Origin: Thraustochytrium aureum
Lineage: Eukaryota
Reading direction: 5' to 3'
Length of the DNA: 61,034 nucleotides
NCBI GenBank assembly: GCA_012862495.1
Contig: BLSG01000062.1
Coordinates: forward strand, 186,890-247,923
In this document: piece by piece, positions 48,693-60,778 of the stretch
Layout of the letters: each line of letters opens with the position of its first letter
Position numbering within the stretch: position 1 is the first letter of the stretch
The notes under the pieces: model-generated
What the model was told of the DNA's origin: nothing
The model's input: the letters and a program-made list of their open reading frames with translations, nothing else
Database searches by the model: none
Position numbers and translations under genes: made by a program

Positions 48693-49239
48693 ATCGCGCT
48701 CCCNNNNNNNNNNNNNNNNNNNNNNNNNNNNNNNNNNNNNNNNNNNNNNNNNNNNNNNNNNNNNNNNNNNNNNNNNNNNNNNNNNNNNNNNNNNNNNNNN
48801 NNNNNNNNNNNNNNNNNNNNNNNNNNNNNNNNNNNNNNNNNNNNNNNNNNNNNNNNNNNNNNNNNNNNNNNNNNNNNNNNNNNNNNNNNNNNNNNNNNNN
48901 NNNNNNNNNNNNNNNNNNNNNNNNNNNNNNNNNNNNNNNNNNNNNNNNNNNNNNNNNNNNNNNNNNNNNNNNNNNNNNNNNNNNNNNNNNNNNNNNNNNN
49001 NNNNNNNNNNNNNNNNNNNNNNNNNNNNNNNNNNNNNNNNNNNNNNNNNNNNNNNNNNNNNCCCTCGGCCCCAACGAGCTCTGCTGCGCCGCAAGCGTAT
49101 CCTGCCCTTCTCCTGCGATAGTTGATGCGCGCACCACACTCGAAATATCCTCGCGAATGGCGCTCGGTGCTCGGGTGCCTTGGAGCGCATGGACGCGTTC
49201 ATGCTGCTCGTCCTGCATGCCTGCATGCCCCTGCTGTCT

Positions 49240-49290
49240 GTCTGGCTGGCTGGCTGGCTGGTTGTGGTTGGCATGGTTGTGGTTGCTGGG
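49240..49290. repeat. (GCTG)n/(GGTTGT)n low-complexity tract upstream of CstF-77
   Basis: tctggctggctggctggctggttgtggttggcatggttgtggttg. Confidence 0.75.
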
Positions 49291-49437
49291 GCGGCGGCGG
49301 TCTGGTCTCGGGATTTGGGCTTTGGCGTTTCGTGGGAATGGCCGGGTCGATGATATTGCGGTCGCCCGCTCGGCGGTCTGACTCGACGAAGATGGTTTGG
49401 TGCTGGTTGCGTTGGTTGACTACTAGTTTGGGCGAGG

Positions 49438-50868
49438 TCAGGGCTGCGCGGAGCTTTTGCTGCTGCTTGGCGGCGCTGTGGGGGCTGGCGCCTCGCAGCG
49501 CAGGACAGCGACGTGCTCCGGGCGCTTTGGAAGGTCAGTGAGCACTGCGCCCTTGAAGGCGCCGTCGCGGACGTCCCATGCGTAGAGGTTGCGCGAGTCC
49601 TGGCCCACAACGAAGAGGCGGTCGCCTGCAATCGCCAGGCCCGCTGGGTGGGTGAGCTCGAACCCCTTGCCGACGGTCAGGCGTGCAATCGGTTTCAGCG
49701 TGCTGGTGTCGAACGCGTACACTGCGCTCTTCTTCCCATCCACACTCCCGACGTACATGACGTTGGACTTGAAGTGGAGGGCCACCCCGACCGGGTGCTC
49801 GAGCTTGATGCGCTTGACCTCTTTGCCAGTGGTCCCGTCGAGGACGAGCACGCCCTTCTTGACGCTGGCGACCCAGAGGCGCCCGTAGCGGTCGAACGCG
49901 AGCGCGCGCGGGTGGCTCACCTTGGCAAACTTGTGTGCCTTGGCCCCGAACCCGTCCGCGATGTTGAAGCGCAACACCTCGTCCGTGTTCTGGTTGGCGG
50001 TAAACAGCTGCCCGCGCAGGAACGCCAGCCCGTACGGGTGGTCGAGGTCGTCCACCGTAAAGGTTCGCACGTTGCGCGGCTCTAAACTGCACTTGTCCAT
50101 GAGGATGATTTTGGACCGCGACGAGTGAGCGCTGGCGACGAAAAGGGCGTCGCCGATCGCTAGCATCCCGCGAAGGTTTTGCAGCCCGAGGGCCTTGACG
50201 CGGTCTGGCCGCATGGCCAGGCCCTCCAGGCGCCAGTGGTTTAGGTGCTTTGCGCTGATTCTATAGTCGAATACGCGCACGTTGTTCGACTTGGCGTTGC
50301 CCCCGCTCCCGTGGCTGGTGAGAAAGAGCAGCCGCTGGTATCCGTCATCTGGAGCCAAGCCAGGGGAATCGGGGTCGCTGGGCTCGAATCCGGTGTCCCC
50401 GGCCGCGGCCTTGCTTTCCTCTACCTTTTGATCTTCCAAGTGGGCCCCCGTGGCTGTCGCGGCAAGGCGGGCGGACGCCGAGTCCGAGTCCGAGTCGATC
50501 TTGCTCAGCATGTGCTCGATTTCTGCCGTGGCCGCCTCGTTAGAGGCGTTGCGCTTGTGCAAGTGGCCAAGCATGTGGTGGAGCTCTAACGCCCAGTTCG
50601 ACTTTGCCCACGCTGCCGTGCCTTTCGGAGTCGGGTCGGGGTCGATATCGTCTTCGCTCAGCTGGGACATTCCGAGGTCTTCCATCGACAGCAGCGGCTC
50701 GGACACGACTGGGCCCGGCATCCCCATCGTCCCCATGATCAGCTCCCCAAACGAGCCGTCCTCCTGGACAGCGAGCACCACGCACCCTGTGACGATGGCA
50801 GCTGCAAGAAGCACAAGGCCTTGTCGCCGTCCCGCCGTCGGCGCCCCTCCGCCGACCGGCCTCCACAT
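49438..50868 (-). CDS. Type II membrane or secreted beta-propeller protein (NHL/SMP-30-like repeats), 476 aa
   Basis: N-terminal hydrophobic anchor (LVLLAAAIVTGCVVLAV), stalk, then repeated blades: LQNLRGMLAIGDALFVAS, LDHPYGLAFLRGQLFTANQ, HPRALAFDRYGRLWVAS, HPVGVALH..MYVGS, LTHPAGLAIAGDRLFVVGQ. Confidence 0.8.
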   Translation of the reverse strand: MWRPVGGGAPTAGRRQGLVLLAAAIVTGCVVLAVQEDGSFGELIMGTMGMPGPVVSEPLLSMEDLGMSQLSEDDIDPDPTPKGTAAWAKSNWALELHHMLGHLHKRNASNEAATAEIEHMLSKIDSDSDSASARLAATATGAHLEDQKVEESKAAAGDTGFEPSDPDSPGLAPDDGYQRLLFLTSHGSGGNAKSNNVRVFDYRISAKHLNHWRLEGLAMRPDRVKALGLQNLRGMLAIGDALFVASAHSSRSKIILMDKCSLEPRNVRTFTVDDLDHPYGLAFLRGQLFTANQNTDEVLRFNIADGFGAKAHKFAKVSHPRALAFDRYGRLWVASVKKGVLVLDGTTGKEVKRIKLEHPVGVALHFKSNVMYVGSVDGKKSAVYAFDTSTLKPIARLTVGKGFELTHPAGLAIAGDRLFVVGQDSRNLYAWDVRDGAFKGAVLTDLPKRPEHVAVLRCEAPAPTAPPSSSKSSAQP

Positions 50869-51130
50869 CGTGCAGCCACGCCCGCACGCGGCTGCCGCGA
50901 GTCGACCCGCTCAAGGCAGGAATGCACTTCGTCAGCCCGAGCTCGAACAAAAAACGAAACCCAAAACCCGAAAACCAAAAGCGCGCTCGACCCGATTCGA
51001 TCGCGATCGATCAGCCGGGCCGAGGCCGTCCAGGCGCCCCAAGCAGCTCCGGCAGCTCCGGCCTCGCGAGGGCCTGGCTCGAGCAGGGAGCGTCACAACC
51101 GCGCACTGCCTCGGGACCCTTGACCCCACA

Positions 51131-51357
51131 TCAACAGATTCGCTAACTCCCGCCTCCCCAATGTCCGCTAATCAAGCAACTGAACCGCCCGCGCCCCCTA
51201 AGCCTACCTGCGTCCAGCCTCTGGCGATTACGTAGGCTGACGTCAACAGATTCGCTAACTCCCGCCTCCCCAATGTACGCTAATCAAGCAACTGAACCGC
51301 CCGCGCCCCCTAAGCCTACCTGCGTCCAGCCTCTGGCGATTACGTAGGCTGACGTCA
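51131..51357. repeat. 112-bp tandem duplication (2 copies, 1 mismatch) in a divergent promoter region
   Basis: Copies start at 51131 and 51243 (tcaacagattcgctaactcccgcc...) and differ only at atgtCcgc/atgtAcgc. Each copy is closed by TGACGTCA (51238-51245, 51350-51357). Confidence 0.95.
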
Positions 51358-51889
51358 TGCGTCGCGTGACTGTTCTGCGGGTCTGCTTAGAGATGTAACG
51401 GTAATGTGCGCGAGGAGCGGATTCGAGTGGGATCGCCCGTGCAGGCAGAGCTGCAACGCGTGCCAGCCGCGGAGCGCACGGGGAGCGCCAGGGACGCGCG
51501 AGGGTACTTGTCGAGCGTGCTGCACTTGACCTGGCCTGCTCGGATCACCCAGCCTCCTGAATTCGCGGCAAGGCTTGCTGGCTTGGCTCTGTTGGGGGAA
51601 CTTGTTGTTTGGACCAGCTTGGTTGCGGGCGTCGGCGTTGGCGACGGCGTGGCGTGGTAGATGGTCTCGGCGTGGTAGACGGAGGCGAGGACCCAGTGCT
51701 GGCCGACCGAGCCCGNNNNNNNNNNNNNNNNNNNNNNNNNNNNNNNNNNNNNNNNNNNNNNNNNNNNNNNNNNNNNNNNNNNNNNNNNNNNNNNNNNNNN
51801 NNNNNNNNNNNNNNNNNNNNNNNNNNNNNNNNNNNNNNNNNNNNNNNNNNNNNNNNNNNNNNNNNNNNNNNNNNNNNNNNNNNNNNNNN

Positions 51890-54800
51890 TTGCGGTCCAG
51901 CGAGTGCAGCATCATTATCGGTCATCACGCTCGATCTCGTCAAAGCATGCTTGTTTAGAGCTAGACGCCGACGAGGCCGGCGACGTCCTCATCACATTCA
52001 AGGACCTGAACTCAACCAACGGGACCTACGTCAACGGGTCGCACGTTTCGGGTCAACGGCAGCGCCCTGTAAAATTAAGAGACGGCGACACATTGCGATT
52101 TGGCTACGACGAGCGGACCTTTGTCCTGCGTTCTGCACGCCGTACAAGCACAGCTGCCCCAACTCAGGACCGGCGGCAAGAGCCCACGCAAGCGCCAGGC
52201 TCGAGCTTGAGCCCAAATCCCGCTGGTTTGCAGGACGCAGACCAAGACTCGCCGCTGCACATCGAGTCTCCTTCAGCGCTACTTGAGGGATCGAGTGCTG
52301 ATATCGAATCCACGCTCCCGCCACCGACTTCAACGCCTGCGCTAAGAATGAGGGCCTCGCCGCGCGCTTCGAGTGCGCACGCGCACGAGTCTCGCTCGCT
52401 CTTTACCAGCGCAACAGACGAGGACGTCATCCGCTCGGGGCGACAAAGCGCGCGGTCTGGCTTTGACTCCGTCCAGGGGCGCCGGTCGCCAAGTCGGATT
52501 TACCAGCACGAGCATCTAAACGAGTCGAGCCTCCAAGCAGAGCAAACCCGGCGGCGTGACGCGCAAGTAGCGAGCTTGGCAGCAAAGCTGGAGCGTCTGG
52601 AGGCCGCTCTCTCGCCGCCTCGCCAATCCGGTCGGAACGACTGGGGGGTCGCACCGTCAGAATTCGACGAAATGGACGCGCTCAGCTCTCTTGGAAACAA
52701 AATTGACCGAATTGAGCAGGCGTTGCATGCAAGTCAGCGATCTGCGACGCCCTCGCCACGTGTAAACAGTGCAAGAGCGTTTCGGCAGGACCGCCAACCT
52801 GGACTGCGAGCGACAGACGCCACTCAGCTTGGCACACCACCCCGCAGCTCGGGGTCGAGCCCTGGATGGGCGCACGACTTCGGCGCGTTCAAGCGCAAGG
52901 TTCCCGGTTCCTTTCTCAGCCCGATGGAAGAGGAGATCGACAAGGGCGAGTCAGAAAACGTGATTGGCAAGGCAAACAGCGAACGCCAAGGTCGCGCTTG
53001 GGGTGAGCCTCTCGAGGCAAACGACGTCGTTGTGGAGGACGAAAGTGGCGACAACAAACCGCCGATCGGAGGCGATGACAAAAGCAGGGGCGCAACGCGA
53101 GGGCGAGGGCCAAGAGCAAGAGCGACGAATTCGCCGACTCGCGGCCAGCAACAAAGAGATGGCGCTACGACAAGCAAACCACACAGGAGCAAAAGTCCCC
53201 AAACGATTACATCTCCACGCAGCGCCTCCACGGCTCAAGAGCCAAGGATGGGCTTCGCAAAGCAGCGGAACGATGAGGCGAAACGCGTCGCGTTGCGCTT
53301 TCTCGCCCACGCGGCGCGTGCACGTGAGTCGCGCGTTCTGGCGCGACGCCTGTGCTTTTGGCGGCTGTGGGCCTCTCGAGCCGCAGCCGTAGAGAGACTC
53401 CGGGCTCGTGTCGTCGCGCGCCGCGAAAAGGTGCTAGTACAGATTGGGTTCGCAAGCCTGCAGAATGCAGTGAAAGCAGGACTCAGAGAGCGGCTCCAGA
53501 ACCTACTTGACCAATCCAACGCGAAGGAATCCGAGCTTAAAATGCAAGGAGACAGCGCGATGTTAAGGGCGTCGAAGGGCTCGGCGTCACAGATGTTGAT
53601 TCGCGCGCTCTCCCGGGCCGTGGCAAGACGCCATGAGCGCCTGAAGCGGCGCGCTTTCGCGACGCTCCACCTCACAGCACGTCGACAGCTTCTCCTCACA
53701 AGGCTCGTGCGGCGCCTCGAGTACGCCAACACGCGGCTTGCATGGAGGGCATGGTCCACGCAGCATCGCCGCGCCACCCACACAGGCGCTGGGGCCACCG
53801 GGACGGCAAGTGAGCAAAGGAGCTTGCAGGTCGAGAANNNNNNNNNNNNNNNNNNNNNNNNNNNNNNNNNNNNNNNNNNNNNNNNNNNNNNNNNNNNNNN
53901 NNNNNNNNNNNNNNNNNNNNNNNNNNNNNNNNNNNNNNNNNNNNNNNNNNNNNNNNNNNNNNNNNNNNNNNNNNNNNNNNNNNNNNNNNNNNNNNNNNNN
54001 NNNNNNNNNNNNNNNNNNNNNNNNNNGCGCGGTACGTTGCAGCTGCTCGTGTTAGTGAAGCAGCGCAATCCAGCAAGCTCAAGCGAGAGCTGACGAGGCA
54101 AAACACGCAGCAACTCCGTGTGAAGCGCGGCATCGAGCGCGATAGCGACCGCGCGCAGAACCCAACGTCTTCAGATGCAGCGGCGCCGACCCAGCTTGAC
54201 GACCTGCTCGAGGAGCTTCGCGTATCGGAGCAGCATGCTGCGCTCAACACGCTCGACAGCATGGCAGCGTCAAAGCGGCGTCGCGCCGTGGCGAGGCGCT
54301 GGTCAGCTTGGCGCCGAGCTACAGAATACGCTCGCGAGAAACAGGGGGCAGCCCTCTCGCTGGCGCGGCTTTGGCGGCACTTTCGACGGCAAACTGCTCG
54401 AAGGGCACTTCTTGTACTCGCAGAGCGCGCTAGAGCGGTGCCCGTCCAGCAAACACGCTGCACTGCCGGCAACGCAAAAGACTCGGCCAGGCGCGAGGCG
54501 GCCCTTCGGCTGGTTTGCTTGCTCAGGATTGGGTCTCGCACGGCACTTGCACGAAGGTTTCAAGCGTTGGCGGCGCACCGGCGAGCGGACCAGCGAGCGG
54601 ACCAGCGCCAGTCTGCAAGTTTGCTCGGAGCGGCAAACTCAACGCCTCCGCCGATCTGCAAGCAACCAGAAATGTCTAGGCTCGAGGCGGTCCTTCGCAG
54701 GGGCGCCAGGAAGGCGACCCTCGCACGATGCTTTGCTTCTTGGTCGCTCGAGAGCCGCCGGATTGCGCGCACGAGAGAGGCCCCATCGACGACTGGCGGC

Positions 54801-57800
54801 GCAGACCGCACCAAGCTGCTCGACACTTTCGGTCTTGCTCTCCTCCGGCGTCGGAACCAGAGCGCCTTGCTCAGCGCGTTATCCGCATGGTCCAAACGCG
54901 TGTCGAAAGAGAAGGCGGAGCAGACGGCGCGTGCACACGCCCTGGTGCGCGAAAAGCTTGTCAGATCGATTGAGGCGGTTTCCGTCTCGTCCAGACGCAG
55001 CAAACTCCTCGCCAGGGCGTTCTCATGTTGGTCTTTCGAGTCCAGCAGAGCAGCGCGTGCCGGGGATCTTCGCAACGCTGGAGCTGAACAAGGCCACAAA
55101 GTGGTCAGAATCGTCCTCGCTGTTCGGAGGAAAGCCGAGCTCGCAACGCGCTGGGCGCAGTGGAGGCTTCGGGTTGCCAGCGGGAGAGCGGCCCGTGCGA
55201 GAGCTGCCTCCGAAGCCTCGACGAAATCTCGCGCGGCCCTCAGGCTCGCGCACGTCGCTCGAAAATATGCCAAGAAGGCTGTTCTGCGGGCCTGGACGCG
55301 TTGGGTCAGCACCACGGCCGCGCAAACAGCTGCCGCGAAGGCTGCAGACACACAATCTCGTCACGCTCTCGACGGATCGAGGCGACACGCCGAAGCGATG
55401 GGCCGATTGTCAAGGCGCTCGCGGCTCCGAGTCACTTTTGTGGCGTGGTCGACAGTGGCAAGAGCCCTCTCCGGGCACCAGGGTGATCACGCCACGAGGC
55501 CGAACGCACAAGTCGCGCCAGATCTTGATGCGTTTTCTGGCTCGATGGCCCGTGCTGCTGCCTTTGCGCTCGTCCGGGCTCCATATCACAAATTGAGGGC
55601 CGCATTCCGCTGCTGGGCACATGCCTCGACAAGAGCGCGGCGAAACCGAGCTGTAGTTGTTCGAGCAACGATGCGGTCTCGTCGCGTGCACCTCGACAGT
55701 ATTTTCAAGGCCTGGGCATGCTGCGCGCAGGCACAAGCCCGTCGCGCCCGTCTCGGGGCAAAGGTTGCCGGCAGGATTAGCGAGGTCCGTCTCGCCCGTG
55801 TTTTTCAGGCCTTTCGGACAGCAGCGAGGCTGGCGCGGCGCAATCGTGTAGTCGCTGATCGCATCGGCTCCGCAAGGCTAAGGCATCAACTGCAGTCCTC
55901 TTGGCAGACTTGGAGACGGGCTCTCTATGCTCGCGAGTGGAGCCAGGCTGCTCGAGCACGGGGCGCAGAGAAGAGCGTGTCAGCAGCTTTTGGGGCATGG
56001 GCGCGCTTCGCCAAGGCGAGCAAAATCCAGCGCGTGGCAGTGCAGCGGGCATGTCGGAAGCGCGAGGCTCGGCGCCTTGCTTGGGCTTTTCATTCTTGGT
56101 TCGGAGAGGCACGGTTCCGGCGGCCGATGCTGCGCACGGCCGAGCTTGCCTTGAAGCGGCGTGAATTAGGGGTCGCGCGCAAAGCCTTTGCCGGGTGGCG
56201 CGCCGAAGCCGCGCGAGGGACACTGCTCGGTAGAGTTGCGCTCGCCAAGCTGAGGATGAGCCAGCGCAAGTCGCTCAAGGCTGCGTTTGTTTCACTTCTC
56301 GGTGCCGCCGCCGGTTGCGATATGGACTCTTCCCGCGGCGCGCAGCGGATTAGTGATGAAGCTCCGTTGGGCGAGCCCGCCCGGTGTGGCAGCGATGCGC
56401 TCAAAGAGCGGCTGGCTGCTATCCTTGCCCGTAGGGGGGATCAGCGCATTGCAATGCAAGCCTTTGCAGCTTTCAGGATCGCGGCTGAGAGAAGCCGCGG
56501 GGTCGCGGCTGTAGCTGACTTGCGATTCAAAGCTGCGTCCGGTGCACAGACGAGCCCCACCGTCGACAGCGCCTTCAAGGGCTGGGCAGACCAAGGCAAG
56601 GTCCACAAAGCCGCGCTCGAGCGCGCTGAGCGAATGCGATCCAAAATGCTGCTACGACCGGTCGCATGCGCCTTCAGCGCCTGGGTGACGTACGCACAGC
56701 GGCTCGCGCTCGTGTCCAAGAATTGCAATCGCATGTACACCTCGCGGACGAGGGGCTTTCTCGCTGGCGCATTCCGTGCCTGGCGCACCCTCAGCAATGC
56801 GCGCCGTGCGGTTCGTGCACATGTCGAGACTTTGGTAGGGCGGCAGGCACACCTGCGCTGCCTCGGGCGCCACCTCCGCGCTTGGCGACTGATTGCGGTG
56901 CGAGCTGCACATGCAAAGGCTTTGCAGAACTCTCCAGCGGGAGACGATGTGTCAGTCCCTGCGACTCCCAAGAGCGAGCCTGAATGGAGCAGCGCAACTG
57001 GAAGCTCAAATCCGCTCATCGCGCGGCTTGGTCTGGCTTGGGACCGGCTCAGCCACGAGACTGGCGGGGACGAGCATGCCGAGGACCCGGAGGCTCTTGC
57101 TGCCATGAACGAGCTTCGCGGCCTGCTAGAGAAGAGCCAGCTTCGTGCGCTATGGGACAAGCAGCGGCGGCAACTTGAGGTTCTCAGTAAAACGTTTGGC
57201 GCCTGGTGCTCTATGAGATGGAAGTCGCTGTACCAAAACGAGGCAGTGCGCAGGTTTGCTCGGGTCGGCGAGCTGCGGTCGTTGCGCTCCGTGTGGTGCG
57301 CATGGCGTGACGCCACGAAGTCGCAAATGTCTGCTCGTACCGCCAAACAGGGCCTCGCCGCTGGCGCCAGAACGCATACGGCTGGGATCTTCTNNNNNNN
57401 NNNNNNNNNNNNNNNNNNNNNNNNNNNNNNNNNNNNNNNNNNNNNNNNNNNNNNNNNNNNNNNNNNNNNNNNNNNNNNNNNNNNNNNNNNNNNNNNNNNN
57501 NNNNNNNNNNNNNNNNNNNNNNNNNNNNNNNNNNNNNNNNNNNNNNNNNNNNNNNNNNNNNNNNNNNNNNNNNNNNNNNNNNNNNNNNNNNNNNNNNNNN
57601 NNNNNNNNNNNNNNNNNNNNNNNNNNNNNNNNNNNNNNNNNNNNNNNNNNNNNNNNNNNNNNNNNNNNNNNNNNNNNNNNNNNNNNNNNNNNNNNNNNNN
57701 NNNNNNNNNNNNNNNNNNNNNNNNNNNNNNNNNNNNNNNNNNNNNNNNNNNNNNNNNNNNNNNNNNNNNNNNNNNNNNNNNNNNNNNNNNNNNNNNNNNN

Positions 57801-59204
57801 NNNNNNNNNNNNNNNNNNNNNNNNNNNNNNNNNNNNNNNNNNNNNNNNNNNNNNNNNNNNNNNNNNNNNNNNNNNNNNNNNNNNNNNNNNNNNNNNNNNN
57901 NNNNNNNNNNNNNNNNNNNNNNNNNNNNNNNNNNNNNNNNNNNNNNNNNNNNNNNNNNNNNNNNNNNNNNNNNNNNNNNNNNNNNNNNNNNNNNNNNNNN
58001 NNNNNNNNNNNNNNNNNNNNNNNNNNNNNNNNNNNNNNNNNNNNNNNNNNNNNNNNNNNNNNNNNNNNNNNNNNNNNNNNNNNNNNNNNNNAAAGGAGAG
58101 GTCCGCGCGCTTTTAGACCGCTCCGTCGGTCTCGAGAGCGAGCTTGCGGCGTTGGCCACAGCTTCGAAGTCGCAGCGCGATGCCGTGAGGGCGGACCCGT
58201 TCGGGTTTGGCAGCTTTGGGGATGAGGCGTTCCCAGGCGGAGGCGATGAGACGATGCCAGAGATTGACGGGGAACAGGACGTTTCCAATGAGCCCGGTGC
58301 CGACGCTTTGGGCTTGGAGAGCAAAAGCGGGCTGCCGAACGAGGCTATGCTGAAGCGTCAGAATGCCCTCAGCGGGCTGGAGAAGGTTACGGCGGCTGCG
58401 CTCAAGGGATTGGGCGCCGACGCGCCACAGACGATGACGATCCGGGCCCAACAAGTGATGATTCAGGCGCTGGCGCGCAACCTCGAGTCTGTTGAACGGC
58501 GCCAGATCGAGCTCCAGGAGCTGGTCGCCCAGGCCGCTGTGGAAGCGAGCCCTCAAGGGGCCGTTTCAGAGACCGAGGCGGTCCGGGCCCGGCGCGAGCG
58601 TGCGAAGCGCCGGATAGTTGCCCACCTAGCCGAACTGGACGACACTAAGCGGGATATTGAAACGCTCAAGCGGCTCTTGTTGGAGCAAGAGGACGCTGCC
58701 GCGAGGCGCGTCAAAGCAATTGCGAATGAGAAAAGCGCACTAGAACAAGAGCTGGTCGCTGCGCAGCGCCGAGAAGAAGCGAGCCGAACGAAGCTCGAGG
58801 GGGAGCTTGGTCTGATGCAGCGGCGACTTGACAAGGTGAACGACCTGATGCACCGCCACGCTTTACAGGACGCCAGCTCTGGGAACGTCACGATCCAGCA
58901 AGAAAAAGCCTTGGCAATACTGCGCGCCCAGATCGGGGCGTCGCGCAAAGCCGAAGCCAAGGCCAAGGCCAAGCTAAAAGATGCTGAAAGCCGACTTCAA
59001 GAGGTGCAGCGACGCCAAGAGCACCTTGCGCGCTCTGGCGGCTCGGGGGCCGAGCTTGCCGCGCTGCGCGAGACGGTCCAGAGCCTAAAGGCCCAGGTGG
59101 CCGATCTGCGGGCGCGCGGTGGCGTCGTCGCTCTCATGGAGAAGGAAAAGCAATTGGTGATTGCTGCCAAACAGGCTGGGCTTTTGCTGCGTCTCGGCAA
59201 CTGA
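51890..59204 (+). CDS. Very large FHA-domain protein with ~20 Sfi1-like (centrin-binding) repeats and a C-terminal coiled coil; start in gap, internal gaps 53838-54026 and 57394-58091
   Basis: FHA motifs RSSECSIII / SISSKHA / DLNSTNGTYVNG / LRDGDTLRFG (indel near 51918). Ser-Pro-rich linker, many [FLW]xxW[RSA] repeats (RAFSCWS, AAFRCWA, SIFKAWA, AAFGAWA, KAFAGWR, GAFRAWR..), coiled-coil tail, TGA stop at 59204. Confidence 0.75.
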
Positions 59205-59759
59205 GCGCAGGCCACCTCTGCATTCGCAGTTCGTTGACTTCTTAGAATTTTAGAAAAGGATTGCGCCTTGCCATGTTGGACGGGGATTCCGCTCAGCAGC
59301 GAGAGGTCGGTTTGAATCGCCGCCGTGGCATGTTGCGACGCGTTGCCTTGGACGTTTTGGCAGCACTAGCAGTAGCAGAACCCTGCGGCAGTCTATCCGA
59401 AGACTAGCCCGAAGAAGGGTTTTCGTCTATCCGAAGGCAGCCCAAAGAGGGGTTTTCTCCGGGTCATGTTTCGACATCTCCGTACCAGTTTGCTCAATCA
59501 AAAACAAACAGTCTCCTTTTCCCCCATTGAAGGCCGCGCGTTCCCACTTTCGGCTCTCGCAGCGTTGTTCCTGTCTCGCGAAGCGCACTCGTTTGCCCCC
59601 CAGCCACATGGAGGGCGAAGAGCACGCAGGCTCTCGAAGCGCAGCGCCGCGCAGCATAGCGACAACCCACTCTAGAGCCGCACGAAGTGGATCGAGCAGT
59701 CTGAAACGCTCGATGTTTAAAAACCGGCGCACGACAAAGAACACCAGCACCGCGCTACG

Positions 59760-60778
59760 CTAGAGGAGAAACGCGTCCTCCTCGTCCAGCTCGGACGCCT
59801 CCCCAGAGGGCTCGCGCCAGGCTTGATCTACGCCACGCTTGCCGTCCATTCCAACGGCCCGCGCCTGAAACAAAAGCTCCTCGGCGTGCAACTCGTTGTA
59901 CCTGGCGCGCAGCCTTGCGAGCAAGGGCGTGACGAGCACTAGAATCACCGTGCTGACAAATAGAGCGGCGACGCTGTCTACGACGTTTGAGCTCCACTGC
60001 GGATTGGATTTCGCCACGATCGAGGCAATGAGGACGGTGATACTACGTATTGTGTCTGCAGCAATGTGCGTGAATGCAGAGCACATGTTGGCGTTCTGGG
60101 CAGGGCCGCCGTCTGCGTCGGGGGCAATGAGATCGAGCAGCGGGCACGCCCTGCGCGACTGCGGCACAGCATAGAGAACGTAGAATGCGCCAATGCAAAT
60201 GAGGTCGAGGCACAAGTTGGCGATGGCGAAACCTTGCGCGGTGGTTTCGTTGACGTTGTCTGGCGGCACTCGAAGGAGCAGCGTCTGCACGGCGCTGCCC
60301 ACGATGCCCACAACGACCACCACGAGTGAGGACACGCTGGCAAGTGGGATGAGGACCTCGAGCCAGACACGCTCTGCAACGGGCATGCGCCGCGAGCCAA
60401 AAGCGCGCTTGCGCCGTTCAGCGTACAGGTTGAGCCCATACGTGAACGCGTCGATCACCATGATCGCCGAGTCCCCAAGCAGCGCCAGGCTGTGCGCAAG
60501 GACCGCAAACGTCAGTTGGAGGCTTGCGAACGAGCCAAACAGCACCACGTTCAACAGGAGCAGCGTGGTATTCTTCGCGCCCCGGCCGTCCTCCCCGCGC
60601 ACGCCCTGCGCCGCGGCCTTCAACGGCGCCTCCGCATTGTCTCCCTCTCGCGGCCCTCCCGCCGCGTCCAGCCCCTCGCGCCGCAGCCCTCGCGCGGTCC
60701 GTCCACCTCGGCCATGCCCGTCTCGCAAGGCGCAATCCCGACCTCTTCCTCGTCCCAGCCGCCGGCCCCCAGCGCCAT
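59760..60778 (-). CDS. Cation diffusion facilitator (CDF/ZnT) metal transporter; 5' structure uncertain
   Basis: About six TMs. SLALLGDSAIMVIDAFTYGLNLYAE (TM2) and NANMCSAFTHIAADTIRS (TM5 HxxxD), VVDSVAALFVS. The likely ATG at 60778 needs an indel near 60688; alternatively an upstream exon ends at the GTAAGT donor 60966-60961. Confidence 0.82.
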
